Positions 9,580-20,131 are shown, numbered from the stretch's first letter. The stretch: DNA of 64,000 bases from an uncultured Bacillales bacterium (GCA_946628005.1 CAMOWA010000001.1:36140-100139); one strand, 5' to 3'. Notes: generated by a model not told the origin, from the letters alone. Made by a program: numbers and translations.

Positions 9580-10811
9580 TTACTTTTTGTTTATTGATGA
9601 ACTTTTTTTATAGAATTCTTCTAAATATTTTAAATATTCTTGATCTGATTCATATGGGTCTCTTTCTCTAGGTTTTACTATTTTGTTTTCAGATAACATG
9701 TTAGATAATTCTTTATTTTTTTGATTTAGATTCATTTTTGGGAAGCCCCTTGAAGGATATGGGGAAATGACTCTATTTCTATCTGCTAAGAATTTAATTC
9801 CGGTAATTATTTTTTTTGTATCAAGTCTTTTAGCATCTTCTGTTACTTTTTCACTTGCCACGTTTTGTCCAAATGACATATATTTTTTTGTACAAAGAAA
9901 GCCTAAAAATCTAAGTATATTCATTAGATCCTTATATGCCTCAGCACTTCCGTTTCTTTTTAAATTATATTCCGATGTTAAATCTTCAATAAAATCAAAA
10001 CGTAGTGCACGTATAATCATCTTTCCTAAAACGGAATTTATAATATTTTCATTTCCGCAACCTCTTAGCGATAAGCCAAAAAATGCAACTGGTTCTTGAT
10101 AGATTCCATAATAATTGTGGTTACTATAAAAGGCAACGTCTAAGTCAGTTTTTGTTTTAAACCTTTTGGTCTTGTTTTTTTGGCAGATGCAAACGCTAAT
10201 ACCTCAGCAAGTTCTTGGGTTAAAGTGTCTTCAATTGCTAAAGCTCCTAAATAAACTAGTTCCTCATCTTCTAGATTTTCTCCCTTTTTACCTTTTTTAG
10301 ACATTATATAACTATATGTATCACAAAAATCAATTAAAGTTTCATTATCGTAAATATTTAATATATTATGTCCTAATTCATGATATAAGTATAATCTTCT
10401 AACTTCTTTTGGGCTTAAATCATAATATGAATGATATGGTTTTGATTTTCTTCTTATTTCTACTGTTTTTTTAGCTTTGTTTCCTCTACCATATGCTCCT
10501 TCTAATTCTTTGGGCAAATATCCAATTCTTGTACATTTCTTTTTTAATCTATTAATTATTTCTTCATTAAATATATTATTTTTCGTAAAAAAGCCCTTTT
10601 TTATTCCATAGTAAAAAAAATATTCTAGGTCATGAATTAAATCTGGTAGCTCTTTTCTTATTTCTTCTCCGCCTGAGTTATATGTATTTATCATGACTGT
10701 TTTTAGATAGCTACTTATCATTCTTGTAGAAGGGTTGTGTTCCCAATCATAAATATAATTAAAATTTGGATAATTATCTTTTATAAATTCATCAAAAGTC
10801 ATATAAGTCAT
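9580..10811 (-). pseudogene. HExxH (gluzincin-like) protein split by a -1 frameshift near 10155-10185
   Basis: ORF 10140-10811 (YHELGH...EDTLTQELAE) continues in the -1 frame as RFKTKTDLDVAFYSNHNYYGIYQEP..., open into ORF 9580-10020. Confidence 0.6.
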
Positions 10812-10989
10812 ATCAATACCTCTACTATTATTATATAAATATTATATCATCTTATTTAGTATTTTACAAAAAAATATAAATTACGTAAAAATTGTCCTAA
10901 GTAGTATCCTAGGTTATATATACATTTTAATATAATTGGTAAAAATAGTATGATAATTACTATTATAAATAATATGACTATTATTTTTA

Positions 10990-11163
10990 TTACTCTAGTG
11001 GACATAAATTATTTTCACTGATTCTTCTAATACCAGATCCTAATTGATATCCTGCATCTTTTAACACTTTTATCACATTTACAATAGCATTAATTACTGG
11101 TCCACTTACTGATACATTTCCTCCTGATATTATGTTTAAATCTTCTTCTTTAATTTCCTTCAT
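10990..11163 (-). CDS. Double-glycine-leader peptide B (bacteriocin-like, 57 aa)
   Basis: MKEIKEEDLNIISGG|NVSVSGPVINAIVNVIKVLKDAGYQLGSGIRRISENNLCPLE*; below the ORF-track size cut-off. Confidence 0.8.
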   Translation of the reverse strand: MKEIKEEDLNIISGGNVSVSGPVINAIVNVIKVLKDAGYQLGSGIRRISENNLCPLE

Positions 11164-11314
11164 TGTAACATTTTTGCGGATTTGTTATCCCTTCTATAAT
11201 TCCACTTATAAAGATAACAATTGCCGCAATAGCAATTCCTGTCCAAATTGAAATTGCCGCTCCTCCTTTAATATTTACTAATTCTTTTTCATCTATTTTA
11301 TGTATGGTTATCAC
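11150..11314 (-). CDS. Double-glycine-leader peptide A (bacteriocin-like, 54 aa)
   Basis: GTG-ITIHKIDEKELVNIKGG|AAISIWTGIAIAAIVIFISGIIEGITNPQKCYNEGN*; start codon uncertain. Confidence 0.75.
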   Translation of the reverse strand: MITIHKIDEKELVNIKGGAAISIWTGIAIAAIVIFISGIIEGITNPQKCYNEGN

Positions 11315-11717
11315 CTTCTTTTAATTTTTGTAATAGTTTTATCATACTTATTTTTTTATCTTTTATACTAATGTCAATACTATCATTTGCTTTTAGTGAT
11401 TTTGATATTTTAGTAGATATAATTAATTCATAATAATTTTTATTGTTTTTCTTAAGAATTATACCTTTATCTTCTTCTATTTTAAAAATTATATATTTAT
11501 CGTTTACGTATATTTTTTTATTATCATATAGTAATTTTCTTTCTTTTTTATCTACTATTGCTAATAATAAATCTTTTTTTATAACGATACCTGTAATTTT
11601 TTTATAGGTAAATTGATATGTTTTTATACAGATTATTAAACTAATAGTTTCTAATATTATAATAATTATAAATATAAATGATATTAGGCTTTTTTCTTCA
11701 TATTTTTTTTGTCTCAT
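11298..11717 (-). CDS. Putative bacteriocin export accessory or immunity protein
   Basis: Single N-terminal TM plus beta-rich domain; overlaps the exporter and peptide genes. Confidence 0.55.
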   Translation of the reverse strand: MRQKKYEEKSLISFIFIIIIILETISLIICIKTYQFTYKKITGIVIKKDLLLAIVDKKERKLLYDNKKIYVNDKYIIFKIEEDKGIILKKNNKNYYELIISTKISKSLKANDSIDISIKDKKISMIKLLQKLKEGDNHT

Positions 11718-13776
11718 TTATCCTTCCATTTTCTAGTTTTAAAACTCTATCAAATATTTTTTTATTATTGAAGCGATGAGATATTACGATAATTGTTTTA
11801 TCTTTTAAATAATCAAAAATACTAGTTAAAATTTTCTTTTCTCTATTAATATCGATTCCTGCTAAGGCTTCATCAAAAATATATATACTACTTTTTCTTA
11901 TTATACTTCTTGCTAAAATTATTCTTTGTCTTTCGCCATTACTATAATTAAATCCATTCTCTTCTACTAGAGAATTGTATTTAATATTACTGTTTTTAAT
12001 AATATCATCTAATAAAGTTATTTTACATACTTTTTCAAATTCTTCCTCATTATAGTTTTTATATAATAAAATATTATTTTTTATTGTATCTGTAAATAGA
12101 TATTCATTTCCTGTTACATAGGTAATATTAGTACGAATATTTTCTAAATGATAATGATTTATATCGATATTTTCTATTCTAATATTTCCATAATCTATTT
12201 CTATATAACGAAGTAACATCTTGACTAATGTTGATTTTCCACTTCCACTTGGACCACTTATTAATATTTTTTCTCCTTGATTTATTTCTAAATTAAGATT
12301 TTTGAATATTATTTTATTACCAATTTTATAATTTAAGTTTCTTATTTCTATTTTTCCTTGTAGTTTATACTTTAAATAGTAGTAATTGTTAATAAATTTA
12401 TCAGTGTGAATCATAAATAATTCTTCTATTCTTTCTTTTGATACTTTATATGAATTATAATTTTCTAATATTGTTATTATATTATAAAAACTTAGTTTTA
12501 AATAATTAAAAAATGTTTGATATAAGATTACATTATTTAAAGATATTTTTTGTTTTATGACTAAATAACTACCAAATCCATATAATATTGTATTTGATAA
12601 GTCATTTAAGTTATTCTTTATAAAATTATTCCATTGTAGAATAAAATTATAATTATAGATTTCTTCTATGAATTGTGAATACTTTATCTTAAACTTATCA
12701 AACATTCTCTTTTCTAAATGGCTTCCTTTTATTGTATCAACATTACTTGTTGCTTGAATTATATATGAATCAATTATATCTTGTTTAGACCTTATTATTT
12801 TTAATCTTCTCTTTTTTAATCTACTTGTTGATAATTCATAAATTGAAAGACAAATTAATACAATAACTAAATACTTGGTAATTGTTTTATTATATTTATT
12901 TAATATTACTAGAAATACTAATAAGTTTATAAAATCCATTATTTCTACAAAAAGATTACTAATAAAAGAGCGTATAATATTTAAATCTTGGAATCTTGAA
13001 ATAACTTCTCCAGTAGTCCTATTTTTATAATATAAATATGGAAGTAAGAGTATTTGATTATATGTTTTAGTAGTTGTTTCATAATCTAATAGAGAATTCC
13101 ATTTATTTATTAATATATTACGTATAAAAGTATTAATATTTTTAAAGAGATAAATCCAAATAAGAATATTTGTAATCCATATAATATTTTTTGATATTTT
13201 AAAGTTTATGGAGTATTCTAATATGTATTTAAAATGAAATGAAGAAACTATATTTAATAGTATTGATATGGAACTTAATAATATAATTTGAAAAAATATT
13301 ATTTTATTTGTAAGGATTACTTTCTTTATATTTTGAATTAATATTTTCTTCTTCGTAATTTTTGGTATTTTTTTTATTGGAGTTAAGAATAAATAATTAG
13401 ATGTAGTTAATAATTTAAATTCAGAAAAAGAAAGCGTTTGTTTTCCTTTTGCAGGATCCATTATTATTACTTGTTTTTTTTCTTTATTTATTTGATATAA
13501 TACAACAAAATGTTTATAGTTTTTATTGATTATGAAATGAGTAATACAGGGTAAGTTATTTACGTTTATTTCTTCTATTTTTCCTGTTAATCCAATTACA
13601 TCAAATCCTATTTTTTTTGCTGCTTCCATCAAATTAAATAAAGATACTCCATCTTTTGTAGTATATGTTATTTCTCTCAAATATTCTTTTGATACATCTC
13701 CCCCATAATATCGAATTATTGATAAGAGACAACATATTCCACAATCTTTTATACCATCTTGAAGGACTACTTTCAC
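11698..13776 (-). CDS. Peptidase C39-containing ABC transporter (PCAT)
   Basis: QDGIKDCG, KHFVV, DPA catalytic motifs; TMD; GPSGSGKS, YSNGERQR, IFDEA; GTG start after AGGAGGTG. Confidence 0.93.
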   Translation of the reverse strand: MKVVLQDGIKDCGICCLLSIIRYYGGDVSKEYLREITYTTKDGVSLFNLMEAAKKIGFDVIGLTGKIEEINVNNLPCITHFIINKNYKHFVVLYQINKEKKQVIIMDPAKGKQTLSFSEFKLLTTSNYLFLTPIKKIPKITKKKILIQNIKKVILTNKIIFFQIILLSSISILLNIVSSFHFKYILEYSINFKISKNIIWITNILIWIYLFKNINTFIRNILINKWNSLLDYETTTKTYNQILLLPYLYYKNRTTGEVISRFQDLNIIRSFISNLFVEIMDFINLLVFLVILNKYNKTITKYLVIVLICLSIYELSTSRLKKRRLKIIRSKQDIIDSYIIQATSNVDTIKGSHLEKRMFDKFKIKYSQFIEEIYNYNFILQWNNFIKNNLNDLSNTILYGFGSYLVIKQKISLNNVILYQTFFNYLKLSFYNIITILENYNSYKVSKERIEELFMIHTDKFINNYYYLKYKLQGKIEIRNLNYKIGNKIIFKNLNLEINQGEKILISGPSGSGKSTLVKMLLRYIEIDYGNIRIENIDINHYHLENIRTNITYVTGNEYLFTDTIKNNILLYKNYNEEEFEKVCKITLLDDIIKNSNIKYNSLVEENGFNYSNGERQRIILARSIIRKSSIYIFDEALAGIDINREKKILTSIFDYLKDKTIIVISHRFNNKKIFDRVLKLENGRINETKKI

Positions 13777-13828
13777 ACTTTTTCTCTCACCTCCTATTGT
13801 ATTATTATCTATTTTTTTATTTTTTTCC

Positions 13829-13945
13829 AAAAAAAAGAAGAGTTTTTTTACTCTTCTGGGGATAAATTCAAAAGTACTTAACCAAACGCGTGATAATTGA
13901 TAAGACTTTCGAAAAAATAATTTTTTTTCCTTTTCATTCATCCCG
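13829..13945 (-). ncRNA. Candidate structured small RNA or attenuator
   Basis: TTGTTT-17-TAACAT promoter (13951-13979); GGGATGAAT/ATTTATCCC closing stem, inner hairpin, terminator AGAAGAGT/ACTCTTCT plus U-tract. Confidence 0.55.
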
Positions 13946-14025
13946 TTTTAATGTTAGCACATTTTTTTAAAAGAAACAATATCTGATTTAAAATCTATTG
14001 TTTTTTTACATAAGTATACATATTA

Positions 14026-14523
14026 TTATTTTTTTTCACCAAATCGATTGAATGGAAATATTATTAATGATGTTTTCCCTATAATTCTATTTTTTTGAAA
14101 TGCACCAAAATATCTACTATCAAGGGAATTTGTTCGATTATCTCCTAATACAAAGTATGAATTTTTCTTTACTTTCACTTTGAAGTCTTCTGTTTCTTGA
14201 CTACCATAATTCTCTCTTATCTTTTTTCCATTGACATATAATTGATTATCTTTATATTCTATTTCTTCACCAGGTAATCCAATTACTCTTTTAATTAAGT
14301 ATTCGTTTCCTTCATCAACAACTACTATATCAAATCGATTAATTTTTTCAAATCGATATCCTATAATATTTAATATCATTATATCTCCATCATGAAGAGT
14401 TGTCATCATACTTGTACCATTTACTTTTATTGGTGAAACTACAAATTTTTTTACTAGTAAAACTAATATAATAGTAATTACATAAGGGCCATATTCTTTT
14501 ATAATACTTTTAATTTTATCCAT
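14026..14523 (-). CDS. lepB: Signal peptidase I
   Basis: GTSMMTTL, LIKRVIGLPG, GDNRTNSLDSR. Confidence 0.95.
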   Translation of the reverse strand: MDKIKSIIKEYGPYVITIILVLLVKKFVVSPIKVNGTSMMTTLHDGDIMILNIIGYRFEKINRFDIVVVDEGNEYLIKRVIGLPGEEIEYKDNQLYVNGKKIRENYGSQETEDFKVKVKKNSYFVLGDNRTNSLDSRYFGAFQKNRIIGKTSLIIFPFNRFGEKK

Positions 14524-14555
14524 AATTATTCATGTAAAAAATAAGGTTATTGGCC

Positions 14556-14900
14556 TTATTTTTTTCCTCTTTCTTTGATACGATATCCGCCAACCAAACC
14601 TCTAAGAAATGTAAGTTTTGCACGTCTAACTTTACCTTTACGAATTACTTCGATATGGTTAATTATTGGTGAATGTACTGGAAAAGTTCTTTCAACACCG
14701 ATTCCACTAGACATCTTACGAACTGTAAATGTTTCATTTACACTTCCACCTTTACGAGCAACAACTACTCCTTCGAAAGCTTGAATACGTTCTCTTTTAC
14801 CTTCGATAATTTTAACATCTACTCTTACCGTATCCCCTACTCGAAATTCTGGTATGTCAGATTTTATCTGTTTTTTATTTATTATGTCAATTTTATTCAT
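14556..14900 (-). CDS. rplS: 50S ribosomal protein L19
   Basis: FRVGDTVRV...GVERTFP...GKVRRAKL. Confidence 0.98.
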   Translation of the reverse strand: MNKIDIINKKQIKSDIPEFRVGDTVRVDVKIIEGKRERIQAFEGVVVARKGGSVNETFTVRKMSSGIGVERTFPVHSPIINHIEVIRKGKVRRAKLTFLRGLVGGYRIKERGKK

Positions 14901-14930
14901 ACCCTAAGCTCCTCTCTTTCTATATTTATA

Positions 14931-14963
14931 AATGATCATATTCTATATGAAAAGCGGATCATT
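14931..14963 (-). promoter_or_regulatory. L19 leader RNA
   Basis: AAUGAUCCGCU...GAUCAUU hairpin with the CCGCU bulge, directly upstream of rplS. Confidence 0.7.
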
Positions 14964-15116
14964 CCTTTGACAATCTAAATTATATCACATATTCTTTATA
15001 TTTCAAGTCATTTTTGTATCTTTTGTCTCTTTTTCTTCGCTTCTAATATATATATTTATACTATCATTTGTTTATTTTTACTAGTTAATAATTCTTTAGT
15101 TAAAACAAGAGAAGTT

Positions 15117-15263
15117 TTAATCTGAACTTGTTATTCCACTTTTAATATTTGTTTGTATTGTTCCATCTACATTATTACTCAATAATACATATGCAAATAT
15201 AGAAGTTGCTACTAAGAGTAATAATATTATATATGAAAAATTTTTTGAATTTGAGCTATCCAT
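15117..15263 (-). CDS. Small single-TM protein (48 aa)
   Basis: MDSSNSKNFSYIILLLLVATSIFAYVLLSNN...; SD AAAGGA; starts right after the upstream stop. Confidence 0.45.
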   Translation of the reverse strand: MDSSNSKNFSYIILLLLVATSIFAYVLLSNNVDGTIQTNIKSGITSSD

Positions 15264-15264
15264 A

Positions 15265-16515
15265 TTAATTCCTTTCTTTTAATGTATATTTATATAATTT
15301 TTCATTATCTTCTACAATGAAATCACTTTTAATATTATTTATTCTAGAGAAAATAATTGGTTTTTGTATAATATCTCTTATTTTTAATAATTCGTCAAAT
15401 GAATCTAATTTTATTATTTCTTTATCTTCATTTGATGTATAACCATCTCTTGCTACTACTATTAAACGATCATATTCACTTAATATATTTTGTAATGTTT
15501 TTTGATAAAAACTTCGGTTAGATGTTACTAGAATAACTAGTCTTGCACATCTATATACTATTATTAAGCAAAAAACAATTAATATAGACGCAATTACAGC
15601 ATCATTTATATTACTATCATTCCATTTATTTGATGAGACCTCAATTATTTGATTTTCATTAGATATTATATTTTTTGAGATATGAAAACTTTTTCCTGTT
15701 AAGGGAATAACTAATGAAGATACTTCTCTTGCGTCTTCTTCATCTTTTAAAAATAAAGATAATTGTATTTCTCCATATGACTCTGTATCACCTTGGGTTA
15801 AATAAGGAAGAATTTTATTTATATACTTGGTATAGTCTATTTCAACTGTCTCATTTATATTTACCTTGTTTCCAATATTTGTATAATTATCTTTATTAAT
15901 TAATGTTTCTTCTTCTTGAAATAATACTTCATCTAATCTATTTCTATCAAATACTCTTGTCTTTGCAGTGATATAATATGACATATTTGATTCCACATTT
16001 TTGGAATATTCAACTGTATAATCAAAAGATGTGTCAATTCTATTAATAATTTCACTATCATAAGCTAGTCCTTCATCTAAACATTCTTGTTCATTATTTA
16101 GACATACTTCATAGTATATATCTGTATTCTCATTATATGTAATACTTTCACTATTTCCATAATTTATTGTTTTTAAAATGAAATAACATGCTCCTAAAAA
16201 CAAAATAAATATCAAAAATAACATTGTTAGTAACCTTGCTTCAAAACTTATGTGAATTTTTCTTTTTAATGTTCTTTCATTATTTAAGTTTTTATTATCA
16301 TTATTAGCCTTTATTACTTCATCATCTTTTTTAGTGTGATTTACTGGAGCAGTCTTTTCTTCTGGTATTGATACTTCTAATAATGGTTCTTCTTTATCTG
16401 AGATAGGAATGTTTATAATTTGTTCTTCTTTTTCATTTTTTATTTCATTAGAATTATCATTTTCTGTAGGATTCTTACTTTCATCATAATTAATAAATTG
16501 AAATTTGTTACTCAT
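15265..16515 (-). CDS. Two-TM membrane protein (DUF5305-like)
   Basis: Two TMs around an extracellular domain; C-terminal ILSEYDRLIV...SFDELL...KPI. Confidence 0.6.
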   Translation of the reverse strand: MSNKFQFINYDESKNPTENDNSNEIKNEKEEQIINIPISDKEEPLLEVSIPEEKTAPVNHTKKDDEVIKANNDNKNLNNERTLKRKIHISFEARLLTMLFLIFILFLGACYFILKTINYGNSESITYNENTDIYYEVCLNNEQECLDEGLAYDSEIINRIDTSFDYTVEYSKNVESNMSYYITAKTRVFDRNRLDEVLFQEEETLINKDNYTNIGNKVNINETVEIDYTKYINKILPYLTQGDTESYGEIQLSLFLKDEEDAREVSSLVIPLTGKSFHISKNIISNENQIIEVSSNKWNDSNINDAVIASILIVFCLIIVYRCARLVILVTSNRSFYQKTLQNILSEYDRLIVVARDGYTSNEDKEIIKLDSFDELLKIRDIIQKPIIFSRINNIKSDFIVEDNEKLYKYTLKERN

Positions 16516-16589
16516 CTATTTTTCACCAGCCATTTTCTATTATTACCCCTTTTTTATGGTATACCATATTATATTCTATGTAAATACTT

Positions 16590-17093
16590 TTACGACACTT
16601 TTGAAAATAAAAAATCAATATCTAAATTGTCAATCATTATTGCTTTCTTTGATGATATAGTATTAGGATATTTAATTACTATTTTTACATTTTTCTTGGA
16701 GTTTGGAAGCAATATAATATCTTTTTCTAATTTTGTTCCATCTTCATTCATAATGTTATATTCTATATTATTACATATAGTTTCATCACTACATTTTGGT
16801 ATACTTTTAATAATATCCAATATTTTTGCGGACTTTGTACCTTTATTTACTATTTGAAAAGTAAATGTTACTTTATCACCAGGATTTTTAAAATAAACTG
16901 AGTAGTCACTTAAAATTGTATTATATATATTAGGTAAAGTATAACTTGCATCTCCTACAACTTTTGCAGATATCCCTTCTAATTCAATATTCCAAACTTC
17001 ATTTTTTTTTAAGAGTTTATTTTTGTTTAGCATTCCTATTATAATTATAATAAATATACTAGCTATAAGAATGGATTTCTTCATATACTTCAC
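16590..17093 (-). CDS. Exported hypothetical protein (Ig-like, PGD..TF.I.N.G motif)
   Basis: Signal peptide; KNPGDKVTFTFQIVNKG. Confidence 0.6.
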   Translation of the reverse strand: MKYMKKSILIASIFIIIIIGMLNKNKLLKKNEVWNIELEGISAKVVGDASYTLPNIYNTILSDYSVYFKNPGDKVTFTFQIVNKGTKSAKILDIIKSIPKCSDETICNNIEYNIMNEDGTKLEKDIILLPNSKKNVKIVIKYPNTISSKKAIMIDNLDIDFLFSKVS

Positions 17094-17150
17094 CTACTCT
17101 AGTTTGATTATATCAAACTGAGTATTAAAAATCAAAATTATTTTTATATT

Positions 17151-17594
17151 TTATCTTCTTCTATTACTTTGATTTTGATATTCTAAATAACAATTACGTA
17201 ACTCAATTATCTTTTTATTTGCTTCTTTTTTTAATGTCATTAATTGCTTTGACATTTTTTCAAGTTCATTCTTTTTTAAGTATCTTCTATATTTGTTTTT
17301 TATTTCTAGTCGGAATTTTTCAATTTGATTTAATGCTTCTCTATAACTATCTCCACTATCGTCATCACCAACTAATAGATCAGTTAATAAATTAATTAAT
17401 ATATTGTATTTTTGCAATACTTTTTTGTAGACCAATGGATTAGCTAATTTCTTATTAACTACTTTAATTTCTCTTATTTCTGCTCCATTTATTTTAAATA
17501 CTTTTCGCTTTGATGCCATTAAAAAACCATCTATATTTATTAATTCTTCCTTAGGAGTTAATTTTTTCTTTTTCTTACTATTTATGGTATACAT
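17151..17594 (-). CDS. Hypothetical basic helical protein
   Basis: 147 aa ORF following trmD. Confidence 0.6.
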   Translation of the reverse strand: MYTINSKKKKKLTPKEELINIDGFLMASKRKVFKINGAEIREIKVVNKKLANPLVYKKVLQKYNILINLLTDLLVGDDDSGDSYREALNQIEKFRLEIKNKYRRYLKKNELEKMSKQLMTLKKEANKKIIELRNCYLEYQNQSNRRR

Positions 17595-17602
17595 ATTTTC
17601 AC

Positions 17603-18268
17603 CTACTCTTTTATTAAATCTGGTCTATTCTCTTTCGTAAGTCTAATTCTTTCTTGTTTTCTATATTCATCTATTTTTTTATGATCTCCCGATAAAAGTA
17701 TTTCTGGCACTTCATATCCTTCAAAAACTCTTGGTTTTGTATAGGTTGGATAATCTAATAAATTACTTTCAAATGATTCTTTAATATGTGATTCTTCTTT
17801 GATAACTCCAGGTAAAAGTCTTATAATAGAATCCACTAAAACCATCGCAGGAATTTCTCCTCCACTTAAAATATAGTCTCCTATGCTTATTTCCATATCA
17901 CAATAGTTTTTTATTCTTTCATCAAATCCTTCATAATGTCCACATATCAATATTAAATGATTTTTTTTTGATAATTCATAAGCAACCTTCTGATTATATA
18001 CTTTTCCACTTGGTGTTAATAAAATTACGATAGTATCTTCTTTTTTTAGATTCTTAATGCAGTCAACTAATGGTTGAAGAGTTAAAACCATTCCTGCCCC
18101 TCCTCCATAAGGAGTATCATCTACTTTATGATGGGGATCTTTTGAATAATCTCTAAAATTATGTATCTCAACTTCTATTTTTTTATCATCTATTCCTCTT
18201 TTAATGATAGAATCTTCAAATACTTTTTCAAACATATTAGGAAATAAAGTTAAAATATCAATTTTCAT
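17603..18268 (-). CDS. trmD: tRNA (guanine-N1)-methyltransferase
   Basis: DDTPYGGGAGMV, CGHYEGFDER, SIGDYILSGGE. Confidence 0.98.
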   Translation of the reverse strand: MKIDILTLFPNMFEKVFEDSIIKRGIDDKKIEVEIHNFRDYSKDPHHKVDDTPYGGGAGMVLTLQPLVDCIKNLKKEDTIVILLTPSGKVYNQKVAYELSKKNHLILICGHYEGFDERIKNYCDMEISIGDYILSGGEIPAMVLVDSIIRLLPGVIKEESHIKESFESNLLDYPTYTKPRVFEGYEVPEILLSGDHKKIDEYRKQERIRLTKENRPDLIKE

Positions 18269-18277
18269 ATATCCTCC

Positions 18278-18766
18278 CTACATATTATCTAATAATTTTA
18301 TGTATATTTCTTTTTTTTCTTTATCTATTTTTTCTATCATTGGAGAATTCATTGGTATTAAGATTTCTTTATCTAATTGTATTCTTATTATTTTGTTTGT
18401 TTGGCTTGCATAAAAAATTTCTTTTATTATTCCCTTTTTATTATCATTTGTCAATACAGTAAAATTCATAAGTTCTTCATCTAATACTTCATTATTCTTA
18501 AGATTAAGATTTTCCTTTAAAAAGTAAACTTCTTTTTTCATTAAAAATAAAACTTCATTAATATTATTAAAATTATTTAAAGTAACCATATCATAGTTTT
18601 TATGTTTTCTGTATGATTTAATAGTATAGTCTTGATTTTCTATAATTAACTTATTTCCAACTTTAAAAACTTTATCTTTATAATCAAAGTTACTTAGTAT
18701 TCTTATTTCTCCTTTTATACCATGAGTTGATACTATTTTTCCTATATATACTTTATTGTTATCCAT
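18278..18766 (-). CDS. rimM: Ribosome maturation factor RimM
   Basis: IGKIVSTHGIKGE; upstream of trmD. Confidence 0.93.
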   Translation of the reverse strand: MDNNKVYIGKIVSTHGIKGEIRILSNFDYKDKVFKVGNKLIIENQDYTIKSYRKHKNYDMVTLNNFNNINEVLFLMKKEVYFLKENLNLKNNEVLDEELMNFTVLTNDNKKGIIKEIFYASQTNKIIRIQLDKEILIPMNSPMIEKIDKEKKEIYIKLLDNM

Positions 18767-19493
18767 TTTTACTCCTTAATTCGTATAATAATATACTACA
18801 AGCTATTCCTACATTCAAACTTTCTACATTATCATTCATTGGAATATATAAATTATCATCACATAACAATTGAATATGTTTCTTTACTCCATTGCCTTCA
18901 TTTCCAACTATTAACGCAAAACTACTAATATTACTTATTTCTTTAATATTTGTCCCACTCACTACATTAGTTCCATATATGATTATTCCTTTTTCTTTAA
19001 TAATTTTAATTGCTTCTTCTAAATCCATAGTAATGATATTTATATGACAAAACATTCCTTCGGTTGCTCTAATAACTTTTGGATTATATAAATCAACCGT
19101 ATCCCTGGATAAAACAATAGTCGTAACTCCAAAAGCTACACTGCTTCTAATAATAGTGCCTAAATTACCAGGATCTTGTATTGCATCCAATAATAAAATC
19201 TTATCACCAATAATCTCTTTAGAATCATTTTTCCAACAAATAGCTAAAACATTACTAGGAGATTCCATTGTAGACATTTTTTTCATTATCTCTTTTGTTA
19301 CAAAGTAAGTATCATCCCTATCTTCAACTTCATCTTCTACTCTAAATAAATCTTTAACCATTCCATATTTTTGTGCTTCTTCTACTAAATGTTGTGTTTC
19401 AACAATAAATGTATTAGTAAGATCTCGATATTTTTTATTATGTAGTTTTATTACTTCTTTTACTTTTTTATTATCTAAACTTGTTATAACCAT
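18759..19493 (-). CDS. TrmH/SpoU family RNA methyltransferase
   Basis: QDPGNLGTIIRS, GNEGNG, ESLNV. Confidence 0.92.
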   Translation of the reverse strand: MVITSLDNKKVKEVIKLHNKKYRDLTNTFIVETQHLVEEAQKYGMVKDLFRVEDEVEDRDDTYFVTKEIMKKMSTMESPSNVLAICWKNDSKEIIGDKILLLDAIQDPGNLGTIIRSSVAFGVTTIVLSRDTVDLYNPKVIRATEGMFCHINIITMDLEEAIKIIKEKGIIIYGTNVVSGTNIKEISNISSFALIVGNEGNGVKKHIQLLCDDNLYIPMNDNVESLNVGIACSILLYELRSKNG

Positions 19494-20131
19494 TAAAATT
19501 CCTTCATTTCATCTCTATATTTTTTATAATTGGGCATATTTTCTTCTACTAAATTCCAAAAATCTTTAGAATGATCTCCATATACCAAGTGAGTCATTTC
19601 ATGTATTATTACATAATCTAAATAAATGGGATCTCTTTTCATTAATTCAAGATTTAAAGTAATAATATGTGTTTGTATATTACATACTCCCCACCTGGTT
19701 TTCATTTTTCTAATTCTTAATTTGGGATATGGAATCTTTCTTGTATATTCATTATACAATGTATCTAACCTTTCTAGAAATAATTTTTTAGCTTGTTTTT
19801 TATACCAATTGTCTATATCAAAGTTTTTAGGAATATATACTATACTATTTTTAAAAACTAGGTCTTTTTCTTCAGTTTCTATTACTTCATATTTTTTTCC
19901 TAAATAGAAAAATCCTGTATTATTTTTCTTTTTAGACTCTTGTTGAATAATCATTTTTTCTATTTTTGAATAATTATTATTTATTAAATTTTCTATATAT
20001 TTATTTGATGTAAAATACGAAGTGGTTACGGATATTTTACAATCATTTTTTACTCGTATGTAGGTGTTTTTTTGTCCTATTTTTTTTTCTATTACAATTT
20101 CATATTTTTTGTTATTATATAAAAGTTCCAT
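19493..20131 (-). CDS. YgjP/DUF45 (M48-like) metal-dependent hydrolase
   Basis: MKTRWGVC, YVIIHEMTHL...HSKDFW. Confidence 0.85.
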   Translation of the reverse strand: MELLYNNKKYEIVIEKKIGQKNTYIRVKNDCKISVTTSYFTSNKYIENLINNNYSKIEKMIIQQESKKKNNTGFFYLGKKYEVIETEEKDLVFKNSIVYIPKNFDIDNWYKKQAKKLFLERLDTLYNEYTRKIPYPKLRIRKMKTRWGVCNIQTHIITLNLELMKRDPIYLDYVIIHEMTHLVYGDHSKDFWNLVEENMPNYKKYRDEMKEF

